The notes beneath the pieces were generated by a model. That model made no database searches, was not told where the DNA came from, and saw nothing but the letters and a program-made list of their open reading frames with translations. 64,000 nucleotides of DNA from Octopus sinensis (taxonomy: Eukaryota): NCBI RefSeq assembly GCF_006345805.1, contig NW_021832235.1, positions 1-64,000 on the forward strand. Reading direction: 5' to 3'. Position 1 is the stretch's first letter. Each line of letters opens with the position of its first letter. Position numbers and translations under genes: made by a program. Below, one piece after another: positions 1 to 12,513 of this stretch.

Positions 1-204
1 GGTGGCGGTAGTGGTGGAGGATGTGGGTGATGTGGGGTGGGTGATGGTAGTGGTGATGTTGATGATAGTGGTGGTGGTTAGGTTACCCGTGTTAATGGTG
101 GTGGGTGGTGCTGGTAATGGTGCTAGTGGTGGTGATAGTAGTGGAATAATAGAGGTGGTAATACTAACAGCGACCGAGTAGAAGTAGTAGTAGTAGTAAG
201 TAGT

Positions 205-256
<52 letters not shown>

Positions 257-320
257 CGACAGCAGCAGAAATTGTAGTGCTTGTAGTAGTGCTTGTAGTA
301 GTAGTAGTAGTAGTAGTAGA
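1..320. repeat. degenerate (GGT)n grading into (GTA)n trinucleotide microsatellite
   Basis: Direct reading of tandem GGT/GAT then GTA units. Confidence 0.9.
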
Positions 321-920
321 GAATTGGTTTGCGATTCAATGTATAAAGAAGCAAAAAAAAAAAACTAAGAAATTAATCGAAGCTTCAACTTCGATTACGA
401 CTTGAAGAGTCTAAGAGAGTCTTTGGTTTATTGTCAACAGAATGTTCATCACGTAGCAACAATTCCTTTGATGTTGGCCGTCTTCATGTTGGACGACAGC
501 TAACGAAAGTACCTCCACCCACCTTAAGTCTGTGTGTGTGTGTGTGTGAGTGAGAAAGAGTGAAAGAGAGAGAGACTGTGTGTGTGAGAGAGAGAGACAC
601 AGAGAGAGACAGACAGATAGACAGAAACGGAGGCAGAGTTTGCGTGTGTACAGAGATTGTTTGGTAGCTTTTTAGATCGATGGTTAGTCATAGCCGCAAC
701 GGTCAGACAAATAGCACACATAAAAGTGATGGCGACAGGTGGGTGGAGTGATGCTGAAAACAAAAGCCCCAGGGACCCCTGCTGCATAAACACTTGATAG
801 CAAAGTGTGGGCGCCAGCATACTCTAGCCGCTAGCTAATATTTTTTTCTTTATTGATTAATAGTAATAATTATTAATAATATTAATCATTATCTAAATGA
901 ATTAACCTGATTCACCGAGA

Positions 921-1136
921 TATTGGTTCATAAATTTTGGAGCAAGGCCAGCGATTTCGGGTGAGGGGTAAGTCGATTACATCGAGCCCAGTGCTCAGCT
1001 GGTACTTACTTTATCGACCCCGAAAGTATGAAAGGCAAAGTCGAACTCAGTAGAATTTGAACTCAAGATGTAAAGTCGGAAGAAATGCCGCAAAATAATT
1101 TTTCCGGCGCAGTAATGACTCTGCCAGTTCGGCGCC
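921..1136 (-). mobile_element. tRNA-derived SINE, family B
   Basis: Reverse complement matches family B copies at 3834 and 24611: head with A/B-box-like motifs (TGGCAGA..; GAGTTCAAATT) plus body GTCGACTTTGCCTTTCATCCTTTCGGGGTCGATAAA. Confidence 0.8.
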
Positions 1137-1371
1137 TTGGTATACCCGAATACGAACAACAAGAATAATATTAATTAAATAAAGATTAAATAAAGATTAA
1201 TTAAATGAAGAAGTGACCATGATATTTAGTAAAGACGACAACTCCGAACATGTTCCGGTCGTATTACACCTCACCAGTGGCACAGCTTAAAACTTTGATT
1301 ATAGAAGTGTATGCAAACATGCATGCCTCTAATATATACATATATATGAGTGTGCGTGTGCGTGTGTGTGT

Positions 1372-1436
<65 letters not shown>

Positions 1437-1714
1437 TAGAGGCGCACTAAGCAGCGTTATACAAAAGAAATAGGTAATTTGGTATGTACAATCATATTTA
1501 ACATGTTCGTGTACATTCGGACATGGAAAGACATTCGCTGCAGAAATTGTCTCGACCAAAAAATAAAAAGAAGAAAAAATTTCTCTTCACCATATATGCG
1601 AAAAACACTTGAGTGGGTTATAAATGGGCATATTGTCTATAAAGAGGAATTTTTCCCTCAAGAATTTTTCTTTCCATGTTCGAGTTTGTACTTGTTAAAT
1701 ATGATTGTGCTCAT

Positions 1715-2115
1715 CTATGTATATTGCTTCCCAACCACGTGGTTCTGGTTTCAGTCCCACTGCGTGGCACCTTGGGCAAGTGTCTTCTACTATAGCCTCA
1801 ACCGACCAAAGCCTTGAAAGTGGATTTGGTAGACGGAAACTGAAAGAAGCCCGTTGTTATATATATATATATGTATATATTTGTGTGCGTGTGTGTGTGT
1901 GTGTCATTGTGTGTGGGTTTGTCCCCCACCGTCGCTTGACAACAGACGTTGGTGTGTTTATGTCCCTGTAACTAAGCGGTTAGGCAAAAGAGACCGATAG
2001 AATAAGTACCAAGCTTACAAAGAATAAGTCCTAAGCCCGATTTGTTTGACTAAAAGGCGGTGCTCCAGTGTGGCCGCAGTCAAATGACTGAAACAAATAA
2101 AAGAATAAAAGAATA
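1715..2115 (+). mobile_element. tRNA-derived SINE, family A (bipartite, internal microsatellite)
   Basis: Head ..TTCAGTCCCACTGCGTGGCACCTTGGGCAAGTGTCTTCTACTATAGCC..GAAACTGAAAGAAGCCCG, then TA/TG tract, then tail ..GCTTGACAAC..GGCAAAAGAGACCGATAGAATAAGTAC..GGCCGCAGTCAAATGACTGAAACAA; recurs over 10 times in the window. Confidence 0.85.
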
Positions 2116-2120
2116 AAAGA

Positions 2121-2176
<56 letters not shown>

Positions 2177-2440
2177 TGTGCTACCCACTCACATAGTTCC
2201 GGGTTCAGTCCTACTGTGTGGTACTTGGGACACGTATCTTCAACTATAGCTTCGGGCCGACCGAAGCCTGTGAGTAGATTTGGTAAACGGAAACTGAGAG
2301 AAGTGTGTGTGTGTTCGTCTCTGTGTTTGTTTCCCATTACCGTTTGACAACCGGTGTTGGTGTGTTTACGTTTCCATAACTTGGCAGTTCGGCAAAAGAC
2401 GACCCATAGAATAAGTACCGAGCTTAAAAATAATAAAAGA
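2177..2440 (+). mobile_element. SINE family A, truncated
   Basis: Same head and tail blocks as 1715-2115. Confidence 0.75.
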
Positions 2441-2464
2441 ATGAATTCGCACTTTTGTTCTTAC

Positions 2465-2615
2465 CATGTCCAGGTAGGTTCGGAAAGAAAATATGCTGGT
2501 CGCTGTTGTGTACCTCTTAGGAGAACGACGCCTCTCTTTTACGTCAACAGTGCGTTCAACGTGTCTCGGTGGCGCATGGCCCTCTGGGATATCAGTGTTT
2601 GGACAAACATTAATA
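2465..2615 (-). other. candidate coding exon (host gene unknown)
   Basis: Minus strand: polypyrimidine tract + AG at 2617-2616, donor GTAAGA at 2464-2459, open frame INVCPNTDIPEGHAPPRHVERTVDVKERRRSPKRYTTATSIFSFRTYLDM; further GTAAGT donor at 2738-2733. No recognisable homology; plus-strand frames are also open. Confidence 0.3.
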
Positions 2616-2787
2616 CTAATCAGAGCAAGAGAGAGAGGTTGGGGGGGGGGAAGAGAGAGTGTCTCTTTTGAGTTAAGTCAGCAGTTTTCTGTGTGTGACC
2701 ACATTTGTTTTGAGTAATTTCATTTTGGTTGTACTTACAAGAAGCATTGGCGACAAGCGGCGTTGGCTATTGCAGCAATCGATGAAT

Positions 2788-2925
2788 TTGAAAATTAATC
2801 CATATCCAAACCTCGTGAGATTAATAATTAATCTATATCCAAATCTCATGAGTTTAATGACTAATCTATGTCCAAACATGATGGATTTGGAAATTAATAC
2901 ACGTCCAAACAATGGATTTAGAAAT
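2788..2925. repeat. diverged ~33-bp minisatellite, about 4 units
   Basis: Recurring ..ATTAATC(C/T)ATATCCAAA.. blocks at ~33-nt period. Confidence 0.65.
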
Positions 2926-2944
2926 TGATCTTTGCTCTGAAGGA

Positions 2945-3064
2945 CTTCCTTTCACCTGATACTCTTCCTTTCACCTGATACTCTTCCTTTCACCTGATAC
3001 TCTTTTCCTTTCACCTGATACTCTTCCTTTCACCTGATACTCTTCCTTTCACCTGATACTCTTC
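2945..3064. repeat. 19-bp minisatellite x6 (CTTCCTTTCACCTGATACT)
   Basis: Six near-perfect head-to-tail copies, one with 2 extra T. Confidence 0.95.
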
Positions 3065-3109
3065 TCTGTACTTATTCGTTAAAAACAAACAAACAAGAAT
3101 TAAAGCAAA

Positions 3110-3520
3110 AATGCATGGCTGTGTGGTTAAAAAGTTCGCTTCGCAACTAAGTGGTTTCACGTTCAGTCCCACTACGCAGCACATTAGACAAGTGTCTTCT
3201 TTTATAGCCTCGGGTTAACCAATACCTTGTAAGGGAACTCGTCATATATAGACGGATATGTATGTATGTACGTATGTATGTATGTAGATAGGTTGGTAGG
3301 TATGTGTGTGCTTGTGTGGAGTTTTTGTATTTGTTTTATTTGTACTCCTTCACCGTATGACAATCGGTGTTGATTCGTTTACATCCCTGTACCTTGGCGT
3401 TTCCACGAAAGAGATCGTTAGAATGAGTACCAGATCTTAAAATAATGTACAGAGGTCGACTTGATCGACTTAAACTCTTAAAGGCAGTGACCCAGCAGGG
3501 CCGCAGTCCAATGAAGATGG
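3110..3520 (+). mobile_element. SINE family A, diverged
   Basis: Head (GGCTGTGTGGTTAA..GTTCAGTCCCAC), TATG tract, tail to GGCCGCAGTCCAATGA. Confidence 0.7.
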
Positions 3521-3833
3521 TCAACACCTTGGATTCGGTGCAGTTTTAGAAGAAGTTGATCTCTTTGTCTTGTGTATTTCGTGACGTTTGTGTAAAACAG
3601 GACACGGTTATTCCCAGGCTATCTTGAAAGCTTCAATTATTTGTTGCATCAGTCCCTAATGTCTGACATTGTATATATGAAGAGTAAGGTGAAAAAAAAA
3701 TTAGAAAAAAGATCAAAGCATTTGGAAGCGTTGCCCTCATAAAAGTTGACTCACTCTGTATATCATACGTTATCTTCTATCCTGTACTTGTTTCAGGTCG
3801 TCAGACTGCGGCCATACTTGGGCACCATACTAA

Positions 3834-4236
3834 GGCGGCGAGCTGGCGGAGACGTTAGCACGCCGGGCGAAATGCGTAGCCGTATTTCATCTACCGCTAC
3901 GTTCTGAGTTCGTATTCCGCCGAGGTCGACTTTGCCTTTTATCCTTTCGGGGTCTATAAATTAAGTACCAGTTACTCACTGGTGTCGATGTAATCGACTT
4001 AATCCGTTTGTCTATCCTTGTTGGTCCCCTCTATGTTTAGCCCCTTGTAGGTAGTAAAGCAATAGGTATTTCGTCTGCCGCTACGCTCTGAGTTCAAATT
4101 CCGCCGAGGTCGATTTTGCCTTTCATCCTTTCGGGGTCGATTAAATAAGTACCAGTTACGCACAGGGGTCGATAAAATCAACTTAATCCGTTTGTCTGAC
4201 CTTGTTTGTCCTCTTGTGGGCAGTAAAGAAATAAGA
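3834..4236 (+). mobile_element. SINE family B tandem dimer (full unit + head-truncated unit)
   Basis: GGCGGCGAGCTGGC..TTAGCACGCCGGGCGAAATGCGTAGCCGTATTTC.. followed by a second copy starting at GTATTTCGTC. Confidence 0.85.
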
Positions 4237-4239
4237 TAC

Positions 4240-4400
4240 TAGGGCACCGCCTTGAAGAATTTTAGTTGAAGAAATCGGTCACAGTACATCTTTTTAAAGC
4301 CTGATACTTGTCCGACTGGTCTCTTTCGCCAAACCGCTAAGTTACTGGGGACATAAACACACCAACACTGGTTGTCAAGCGGTGATGGGGAACAAACACT

Positions 4401-4405
<5 letters not shown>
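4240..4405 (-). mobile_element. SINE family A tail fragment
   Basis: Reverse complement of the family A tail (CCGCTAAGTTAC..AAACACACC..GGTTGTCAAGCG). Confidence 0.7.
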
Positions 4406-4444
<39 letters not shown>

Positions 4445-4999
4445 ATTGGGAACTGAAACTTCAATCATATTTCGGTATTTTTCGTTACTAGTCTTCAGAC
4501 GATAATACAAAATGGAGCAAAGTTTGGTTTATAAAGAGGATCTTGTTTGGTGTTTTGACATAGTTTAATAGTTAGGATTAAAGTATACAAATTTATAAAA
4601 TGGGCATAAGAACACAGAAACACACATACAAACATATATGTGTGTGTGTATATAAAATAAGATATATTTAAGTAAAGAATGGAAACGTTTTAGCAGTTGT
4701 GTGTGCGTGTGTGTGTGAGCGCGCGCGCGTTTGTATAAAAATTCTACCCGGGAATGTAAATAAATGGTTGAATTAAAGTATGTCATTGAAAATATATAAA
4801 AATCGGAGATAATATGCGTTATACTATTCCAAGTTTCTCAAATTTTCAACAATTTGAAATACACTTTTAAAATACTGTTATTTATTTCTAGGTACGTAAT
4901 TACTAAGCAAATACTTCGAAAGGTGTTTGCAATGACCTAACACCTCAGATCTCTCAATCCGTTCAAATGCATCTTGTTGTTCTCTTCCTTCACACCTCC

Positions 5000-5068
5000 A
5001 CTCCTCCTCCTTCTTCTTCTTCTTCTTCTTCTTCTTCTTCTTCTTCTTCTTCTTCTTCTTCTTCTTCA
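5000..5068. repeat. (CTT)n microsatellite
   Basis: Direct reading. Confidence 0.95.
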
Positions 5069-5639
5069 TCAAGTCTAAATTTTCGTGGTGAAATAGTGTA
5101 TCCCACTATACGTTAACTATTACACCTTTCCTTACATCGATAGAACGTGATTTGACAGTAATTTCATAACTTTAGCTAACAGACCGATCATACCCCACTG
5201 GTTCCTTTGTTGATATTATTGCGTACAATACTATCAGTAGTGAGCTAGACTTGTGGTGTATGTGTGTGGGTATTGATATAGGTAATGGGGTGTGTCTGAG
5301 TATTATTGAAATAATATCATGTCAAAACTACAGGTGTGTCACTGTTTACTCTCGCCCACTCTACCCCTTTCCACCACTCTGTTTACATGAAGGAAGTAAT
5401 AAAACCAGAGCAAATCAATCTTGATAAATCGAAGTGCGGCTAGATGGTAGGGTGGAAGGTAGAGCATAACGGGTAGATGATACAGGAAAAGAGGTGGGAG
5501 GATACGCACTCTCTTATACACAAACACTCAGGTGCGCGCACACACACATACACGTATACACACATAGGGAAATAAAAGTTAGATTGATTAATCAGGGAAA
5601 AGAAAGAAACAGTGAGAAAACACAGAGATACAGCGATAC

Positions 5640-5847
5640 GGATATGTATATATATACATAATATATATACATACATACATACAACATATCTATACATACA
5701 TACATAATACATACATACAATATATACATACATATCATATATATACAACATACATACATACATACATACATACATACAATACATACATACATACATAAAT
5801 ATATATATACATACATACATATATATATACATACATACATATATTCT

Positions 5848-5878
<31 letters not shown>

Positions 5879-6410
5879 ATAATATATTATATATATACAT
5901 ACATATATATACAATACATACATACATATATATATATATTCATATTTTATATATATATATATATAATATATATACATATTATATATAATATATGCATAAA
6001 TATATATATATACATAAATATATATATATGCATAAATATATATACATACATAAATATATATTATAATCTATATATATATACATACATACATAAATATTTA
6101 TATACAAAAAATCTATATATAACATATTACATAAATATATATTACATAAATATATAAATATATACATAATACATATCTATTATATATACATAAATATATG
6201 TATACATTAATATATATATATATACATAAATATATATATACATAGATATGCATATAAATATATAATACATAAACTATAATAACTTATATACATATATATA
6301 TATATATATATACATATATGTATATATATATATATATATCAATATATATATATATATAATTATATATATATATATATAATATATATATGTATATATATAT
6401 ATATATAATT
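5640..6410. repeat. degenerate (TA)n/(TACA)n tract
   Basis: About 770 bp of almost pure A/T with interspersed C. Confidence 0.9.
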
Positions 6411-6419
6411 TTAATCCAA

Positions 6420-6665
6420 ACGGGAAACAAAAAAACAACAACAATGGAACAATTACAGTATTATTATTAATAGGCGCTCAGGAAATGGAAGCAGGGAGGT
6501 ATGACGTTTCGAGCGGAGCTCTTCGTCGGAAACATAAAGAAGGAAGAGAGAGGAAAGAAAGATCCCAGAGCGGGCAACAGGGATAGAGAAAAAAAACGAC
6601 TGGTGTTTACGAGTTACACATGGTGAAAGGCGGATGTTTACGATAACAAGAGCAAAGTAGGTTTT
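6420..6665 (-). mobile_element. probable Penelope-like pLTR/3' end carrying a hammerhead motif
   Basis: Non-repetitive island downstream of, and co-oriented with, the Penelope ORF; contains the HHR motif at 6499-6533. Confidence 0.55.
6499..6533 (-). ncRNA. minimal type-I hammerhead ribozyme motif (CCGACGA core)
   Basis: Minus strand: GTTT CCGACGA A GAGC-TCC-GCTC GAAA CG TC ATAC; stem II 4 bp, extra A after A9, ACGT palindrome at stem III, stem I with one mismatch. Confidence 0.6.
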
Positions 6666-6699
6666 TAAAGGCAAAAGAGTGGAGACAAGGTTGGTAACG

Positions 6700-9400
6700 C
6701 AACAGATTGTGTGTATGTGTGAGTGTGTGTGCGTGTGCGTGAGTGTATGTGTGTGTGTGAGGCGAGATAAAAAAAAAACAAAAAATATATGTATGTGTTA
6801 GTGTGTGCGTCTGTGTGTAGGCGTGTGAGGTAGGGCGAGCGAGACGTGGTCAGCATAGCAGACAAAGGTCAGTAGTAAGAAAAAAGAAGGAAGGAGGAAG
6901 GGAGGGAGGGGAAGGGGTGGGGGCGTATGTAGCGTGCCAGCGTGTGTGAGTAGTAGTGTGTGTGTGTGTCCAGTGTCGTGGTAGTATTAATGGCGAGTAG
7001 ATTGAATGTGTGTAAGAGTAATGTATATATTTAAGCAATGTGTGTATATGTGTGCGCGTGTGTGTAACGAAAAAGGGGGGGGTTAAGGAAAAAGGACTCC
7101 AGCTGAGGGGAAGATGGAAGAGTGGTCCCGCGGAGACGGGCGTGGGAAAACCCAACGACAAGCGGCGGTCCCAGGAACGGGCGGGAGGTCTCGTCGGGTC
7201 CAAGAGCGAGGTGCATGCGGCGCGTATGCGTGCGCGAACCGGCGCAAGCACGTGTGTGCGCGCGCCTGCGAGTGTGCGCGTAAGTATGTATGTGTGTGGA
7301 TGTGTGAGTGTGTCTGTGTGTATGTCTGGGTGGCAGTGTGTCCGATGAATGTATGTGAGTATGTTGTATATATGTGTGTGCATATATGTATGTCCGTGTG
7401 TGTGTGTTGGTGTGTATGTGTATGAGTGTGTATGTATGTACGTGTGGGTGTGGGGAAGTGTGTGTATGTGCATGTGTGTGCGCGTACATACAGGTGTGTG
7501 AGTGAGTGTGTGTGTGTGTATGTATGTGTGAGTGTGTATGTATGTGTGTGTAGGATGCATGTATGTGTATGGGTGTATGTATGCGTGTGTGTATCTATGT
7601 ATGTGTACGTGCGTGTGTGTGTGTGTGTGTATGCGTGTAGGTGTGCGCGTGTGCATGCATGCATGCATGTGCGTATGTGTGTGTGTGTGCATGTGTGTGG
7701 GTATATATGTATGTGCGTATATGTGTGTGTATGTGCGTACATGTGTGTGTGTGTATGCATGTGTGTGTATGTAGGTGTGTAGGCGTGTGTGTATAGGTGT
7801 ATGTATGTAAGTATGTATGGGTGTGTCCGTGTATGTGTGTGTATGTATGTGTGTGTATGTAGGTGTGTGGGCGTGTGTATATGTGTGTGTATGTAGGTGT
7901 GTGGGCGTGTGTGTATATAGGTGTATGTATGTATGTCTGGGGGTGTCCGTGCATGTTTGGTGTGTGTGTGTATGCATGCGTATGTAGGTGTGTGTGTAGT
8001 GTGTAATGTATGTGCGTGTATGCGTGTGTATGCGTGCGTGTGTGTATGTAGGTGCGTGTGTATGTGTGTGGGAGTGTAGGTGTGTGTGTGCGTGTGCGTG
8101 TGCGTGTTTATGTTGGTGTGTGCTTATGTGAGTGTGAGTGTATGGGTGTTTGTCATGCATGTGTGTGCGCGTGCAGGTGAGTGTGTGTGTAAGTATGTGT
8201 GTGTGTATGTTTGTGTGAGTGTGTATGTGTGTATGTCTGTGTGTATGTATGTGCGTATAGGAGTATGTAGGTATGTGTGTGTGTGTATGTATATGGGTGT
8301 ATGTATGTATGTATGTGTGTGTGCATGTGTATAAGTATATGTGTGTGTGCGTATGTGTGTGTATATGTGTATGTGTGTATGTGTATGTATGTGTGTATGT
8401 ATGTGTGTAGGTGTGTGTGTGTGTAGATGTATGTATGTATGGGTGTGTGTCCGTGTGTGTTTGTGTGTGGTGTAGGTAGATGTGTGTGTCTGAGTGAGGG
8501 TATGGCTGTGTAGGTGTGTGTGTGTGTATGAATGTAAGTGTGTGTGTATACAAGTGTAATGTATGTATGTAGGTGTGTGTGTGTGTATGTGTACGTGTGT
8601 GTGTGTATGTGTGTGTGTGTATGCGTGTGAGTGTGAGTGTATGGGTGTATGTCTGTGTGTGTGTATGTCTGAAGTAGGTATGTGTGTGTATGTATGTATG
8701 TGTGTGTGTGTGCGGGTATGTGTGTGTGTGTGTATGTGTGTGTGTGAGTAGGTGTGCGTGTATGTATGTGGGTAGGGATGCATGCGAGTGTGTGGGTATG
8801 TATGCATACATACGCATGCGCACATCCGAAGCAAGCCCACACACACGAAGCGCGCTCACGCACACAACGCACAAGCAGTACAACGCAAGCCCAAGGGGCC
8901 GACCAAGCCCCCAGCGCGCGCCAAGGCGCGCGAGCGCAAAGGCCCTCGAACGCCCCGCTACGCGGGAACCGAGGATCCATCAGCCAAAACCGGAAAGCAG
9001 AAAAGAGGTGGGGGGGGGGCTGCCTGGATGCAAAAAGGTGTATGTGTGTGTGCATTCAGTGTAAGGGTGTGCATGTGTGGGTATGTATGTATGTATGTGC
9101 CTACATGTATGTGTGCATGTGTGTGTGTGTGAAGTATGTACGTGCGGTGTGTGTGTGTGAGTGTGTGTGTATGTATGTGCGTATGTAGTATGTGTGTGTA
9201 TGTGTGTATGTATGTCTGTGGTGTGTGTGTGTGTAGTATGTATGTGGTGTGTGTTGTATGTATGTGTGTGTGTGGGTATGTGCATGTTGGTTTGTATGTT
9301 AGTGTGTGCATGTATGTCTGTAAGTGTGTGTGATTAAATGTGTGAATGTATGTACGTAGATGGGTCTACGTATGTGTGTGTGTGAACAGGCGTGTGGGAG
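6700..9400. repeat. compound (GT)n/(GTAT)n tract with GC-rich islands
   Basis: Direct reading; islands at ~6865-6950, 7065-7270 and 8805-9035. Confidence 0.9.
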
Positions 9401-9450
9401 GTAGGTTGGTGGGTGTGTGTGGGTGGTGTGTCCGGAAAAAAAAACGGATC

Positions 9451-11507
9451 TCAACAGGAGGGGGCTGTGTTAAGTCCGTGTGGGGTGGTAGTTTGTAGGG
9501 TGAAGATGTAGCGTTGCTCCAAGTGGAGCCTGGAAAGTGGGCGACCATTGTGGGGGGCGAGACCAAACACTGAGATGTCATCTAGGGAATGGCCGGCCGA
9601 GCGGAAGTGGCGTGCGACGGGAGAAAAAGAGTGTAGGCGAACGTCCCTCAAGTGTCAGTGAAACAGTCGGACAACCAGCGTCCCGTCTGTCCTACATACA
9701 GCATCCCGCATAGGTTGCATTTAATGCAGTAAATAAGGCCAGACGAGGTGCACGTAAAAGAGTGCCTAATGCGTACACTATGCAGGTTGGAGCCGGTGAC
9801 AGCGGTGGTGTTGGTGATGAAGAGGCAAGTGTTGCAGCGGGATCTAGAGCAAGGGAATGATCCGTGTGGTGCTGAGGGGGAAGGAGAGAGGGTGCTGTGG
9901 ACCAGGAGGTCACGCAGATTGCGGGCTCGTTTGAAGAGGACAGGGTGGGTTAGGGAAAATGGGGCGGGTGGTGGGATCAAGCTGGAGGCGACGGAAGGCA
10001 CGTAGTATCTTGCGACGAAGGGGTAGGGTAGAGGGGTGGAAAAGGAGGGGGAAGGGGGTGCGGTTGGGGGGTGGGCGGGGGAAGAAGGAGACAGGGCGGT
10101 AGTGCGGTCGATGCGACGGGCGCGGGTGAGGGCATCAGAGAGGAGTATGGGTGGGTAACCTCGGAGTCTGAACATGCGGGCCAGGTATTGAGATTGGGTC
10201 TCGAAATCCTGGTCGCGGCTGCACAAACGTCGGAGGCGGAGGAAGGGAGTAAGGGATGGCTCGTTTGGTGTGGAAGGGGTGGGAGGAAGAGAAGTTGAGA
10301 TAGAGGTGGGAATCCGTAGGTTTAAAGAAGGCGTGGTGGTGGTGAGAGAGCTGGGGGGTGATCGATGCGGAGAGAGATGTCAAGGAAGTGACAGAGGTGT
10401 TGGAGATGGTGGAGGTGAATTGAAGAGAGGGGTGAAAGTTGGAAAGGAAAGAGATGAATTGGCAGAGAAGTTCACGGAAAGGGATGTGGCACCTACGCAG
10501 TCGTCGATATAGCGACCGTATAGTTCGGGGGTCGGCCCAGAGAACTGGGAGAACACTTGGGCCTCAATGTAGCCAAGAAAGAGATTGGCGAAATTGAGGC
10601 CCATCCTAGTTCCCATCGCGACCCCGGACAGCTGTTGGTACGTTTCCCCGGCGAACGTGAAACAATTGAGGGTGAGGACGAGCTCAGCCAAACGGAGAAG
10701 GGTGGGGGTGCTGGGGGTGGTGTCGGGACGACGGTAGAGGAAGTGTTGGAGGGCTAGGAGACCGTCATTGTGGGGAATCACTGTGTACAGGGATTTTACA
10801 TCTAAGGTGAAGAGGAGGTGTGAGGGGCTGGAAGGGAAGGAAAAGGAATTGAAGAGACGGAGGGCGTGGTTGGTGTCGTGTATGTGGGATGGGAGGGCTG
10901 CGACTAAGGGGGACAGGATGCGGTCGAGGTATAGGGAGATGAGTTCAGTGGGGCAATTACAGGCAGAGACTATGGGACGGCCAGGGTTAGAGGGTTTATG
11001 GATCTTGGGAAGGAAGTAGATGGTGGAGGTGCGGGGTGTGCGGACGATGAGGTTGGTGGCGGTGAGGGGGAGAGCGGAGGAGGAGATGAGGTCGTGGATG
11101 GTGGAGGACACTCGCTGTTGGTAGGAGGAGGTGGGATCGGAGGGGAGGAGGCGATAGAAGAGGGGATTTTGAAGCTGGTTGAGCGCTTCCTCCCTGTATA
11201 GGTCCGCGCGCCACACTACCACTGCCCCGCCTTTGTCCGCCGGTTTGATGACAATGTCATCACGACGGCGGAGGTGGCGAAGGGCAATGGATTCGGCCCG
11301 AGTGAGGTTGGCTCGGCGGGGTCTTGGTTCAAAGTTGAAACGGTGGACCAAAGCGTTGCAGTCATGTACAAACGAATCTAGGCTACTGAAAAGGCCCGGG
11401 GGCGGCGTCCAGATGGATGGACGACGCCCCAGCTCCAAAAGGCAATCCTGATTGTTGTGACGCTGCGGGGACGCGTGGTAGTATGCCCCGCCTTTGTATA
11501 TCTTCAT
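9451..11507 (-). mobile_element. Penelope-like retroelement (Neptune-like), RT + GIY-YIG endonuclease, frameshifted and 5'-truncated
   Basis: ORF 10380-11507: IKPADKGGAVVVW, YFLPKIHKPSNPGRPIVS, LFTLDVKSLYT, YQQLSGVAMGTRMG, RYIDD. Continues via 10135-10383 (FFKPTDSHLYLNFSSSHP), 9648-10226 (linker PCSRSRCNTC; GLIYCIKCNLCGMLYVGQTGR = GIY-YIG) and 9451-9651 (LEQRYIFTLQTTTPHGLN). Confidence 0.92.
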
Positions 11508-11768
11508 TTGCGCATGCTTATATCTCTATGTGCGTCTATGTTTATTTAGTGTGTGTATGTGGGGGAATGCCTGTAATATTTATATCTTCTGTTTATATAC
11601 GTTCATGTAATTTGTATTTTGTTTTTGTTGTTGTTGTTTTTGTTTATTCTTATTTTGTTCATGTGTTTACATCCACTTATTATTATCATTACATAGGCTT
11701 GTATGTATGTATGTATGTATGTATAACAACAATACCAGTAATAATAATAATAAATCGAATCGAAAAAA

Positions 11769-11807
<39 letters not shown>

Positions 11808-11865
11808 TTTATTTCTATTTGTTTATTTATCTGTGTATTTATTATGTTTTCGGGATCCTCTATCG

Positions 11866-12310
11866 TCATATGTTGTGGTGTGTGCTAGTGCTCCATTCTA
11901 GTTTTCTATTCAGGCTAGGTTTATTTTCTATTATGTGTGTAGCTTCTGTAATTTGTCTGATTGTTGCATCTGTTCTATGTGTGGACAATATTTTAATTTC
12001 TATATTGTTAATTGATCCCCCGTGTTCCTGTTCGGCGTGTTGGTACAGAATTAATGAGCTTTTACCTTCCTTGAGTTGTCTCCAATGTCATTTACCCGCT
12101 CTCCTATGCTTCTTACCGTTTCCCCTACGTATGTCGTTGTCTTGTTACTGCATCGTCCCAGTTTGTTTGTGGGCTAAATCTACATATAGTACAATACTTA
12201 TCCGTACAGGGGGTTCTACCAAAAGGATAGGTTCTACCAATTATAGATTTGATAGGGTTGCCTGGCTTTTCAACAACCTTAATTCTTATTGGCTAAACTG
12301 GCAAAATGAC
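11866..12310 (-). pseudogene. second Penelope-like element, GIY-YIG C-terminal fragment of a different lineage
   Basis: Manual minus-strand translation across frameshifts: GRTYPFGRTPCTDKYCTICRF..TYVGETVRSIGERV..HWRQLKEGKSSLILYQHAEQEHGG..IKILSTHRTDATIRQITEATHIIENKPSLNRKLEWS, a typical PLE endonuclease end (RQI.EA..I....P.LN.K.EW). Confidence 0.75.
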
Positions 12311-12408
12311 CATTCCGAAATATAACAATATCTGTTTCAACACACGACTTCACATAAAAAATCTTGCACAACAAATATTTAAACGTATATATATACATAT
12401 ATACATAA

Positions 12409-12439
<31 letters not shown>

Positions 12440-12478
12440 CAAATATACATATATATATACAAATATATTTAACTATAC

Positions 12479-12513
<35 letters not shown>

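Noticed and set aside
2945-3064. CRISPR-like regular repeat
   Set aside because: No spacers; plain head-to-tail minisatellite in a eukaryotic context.
6850-9333. 677-aa His/Thr-rich ORF and overlapping ORFs
   Set aside because: Translation of (CA)/(TACA) repeats; no protein-like signal.
11843-11875. ATGACGA..GGATCCCGAAAAC just after the second PLE stop codon
   Set aside because: The position is suggestive, but C3 is missing and the stems do not pair convincingly.
11417-12325. 302-aa plus-strand ORF
   Set aside because: Runs through microsatellites and is antisense to a Penelope GIY-YIG fragment.
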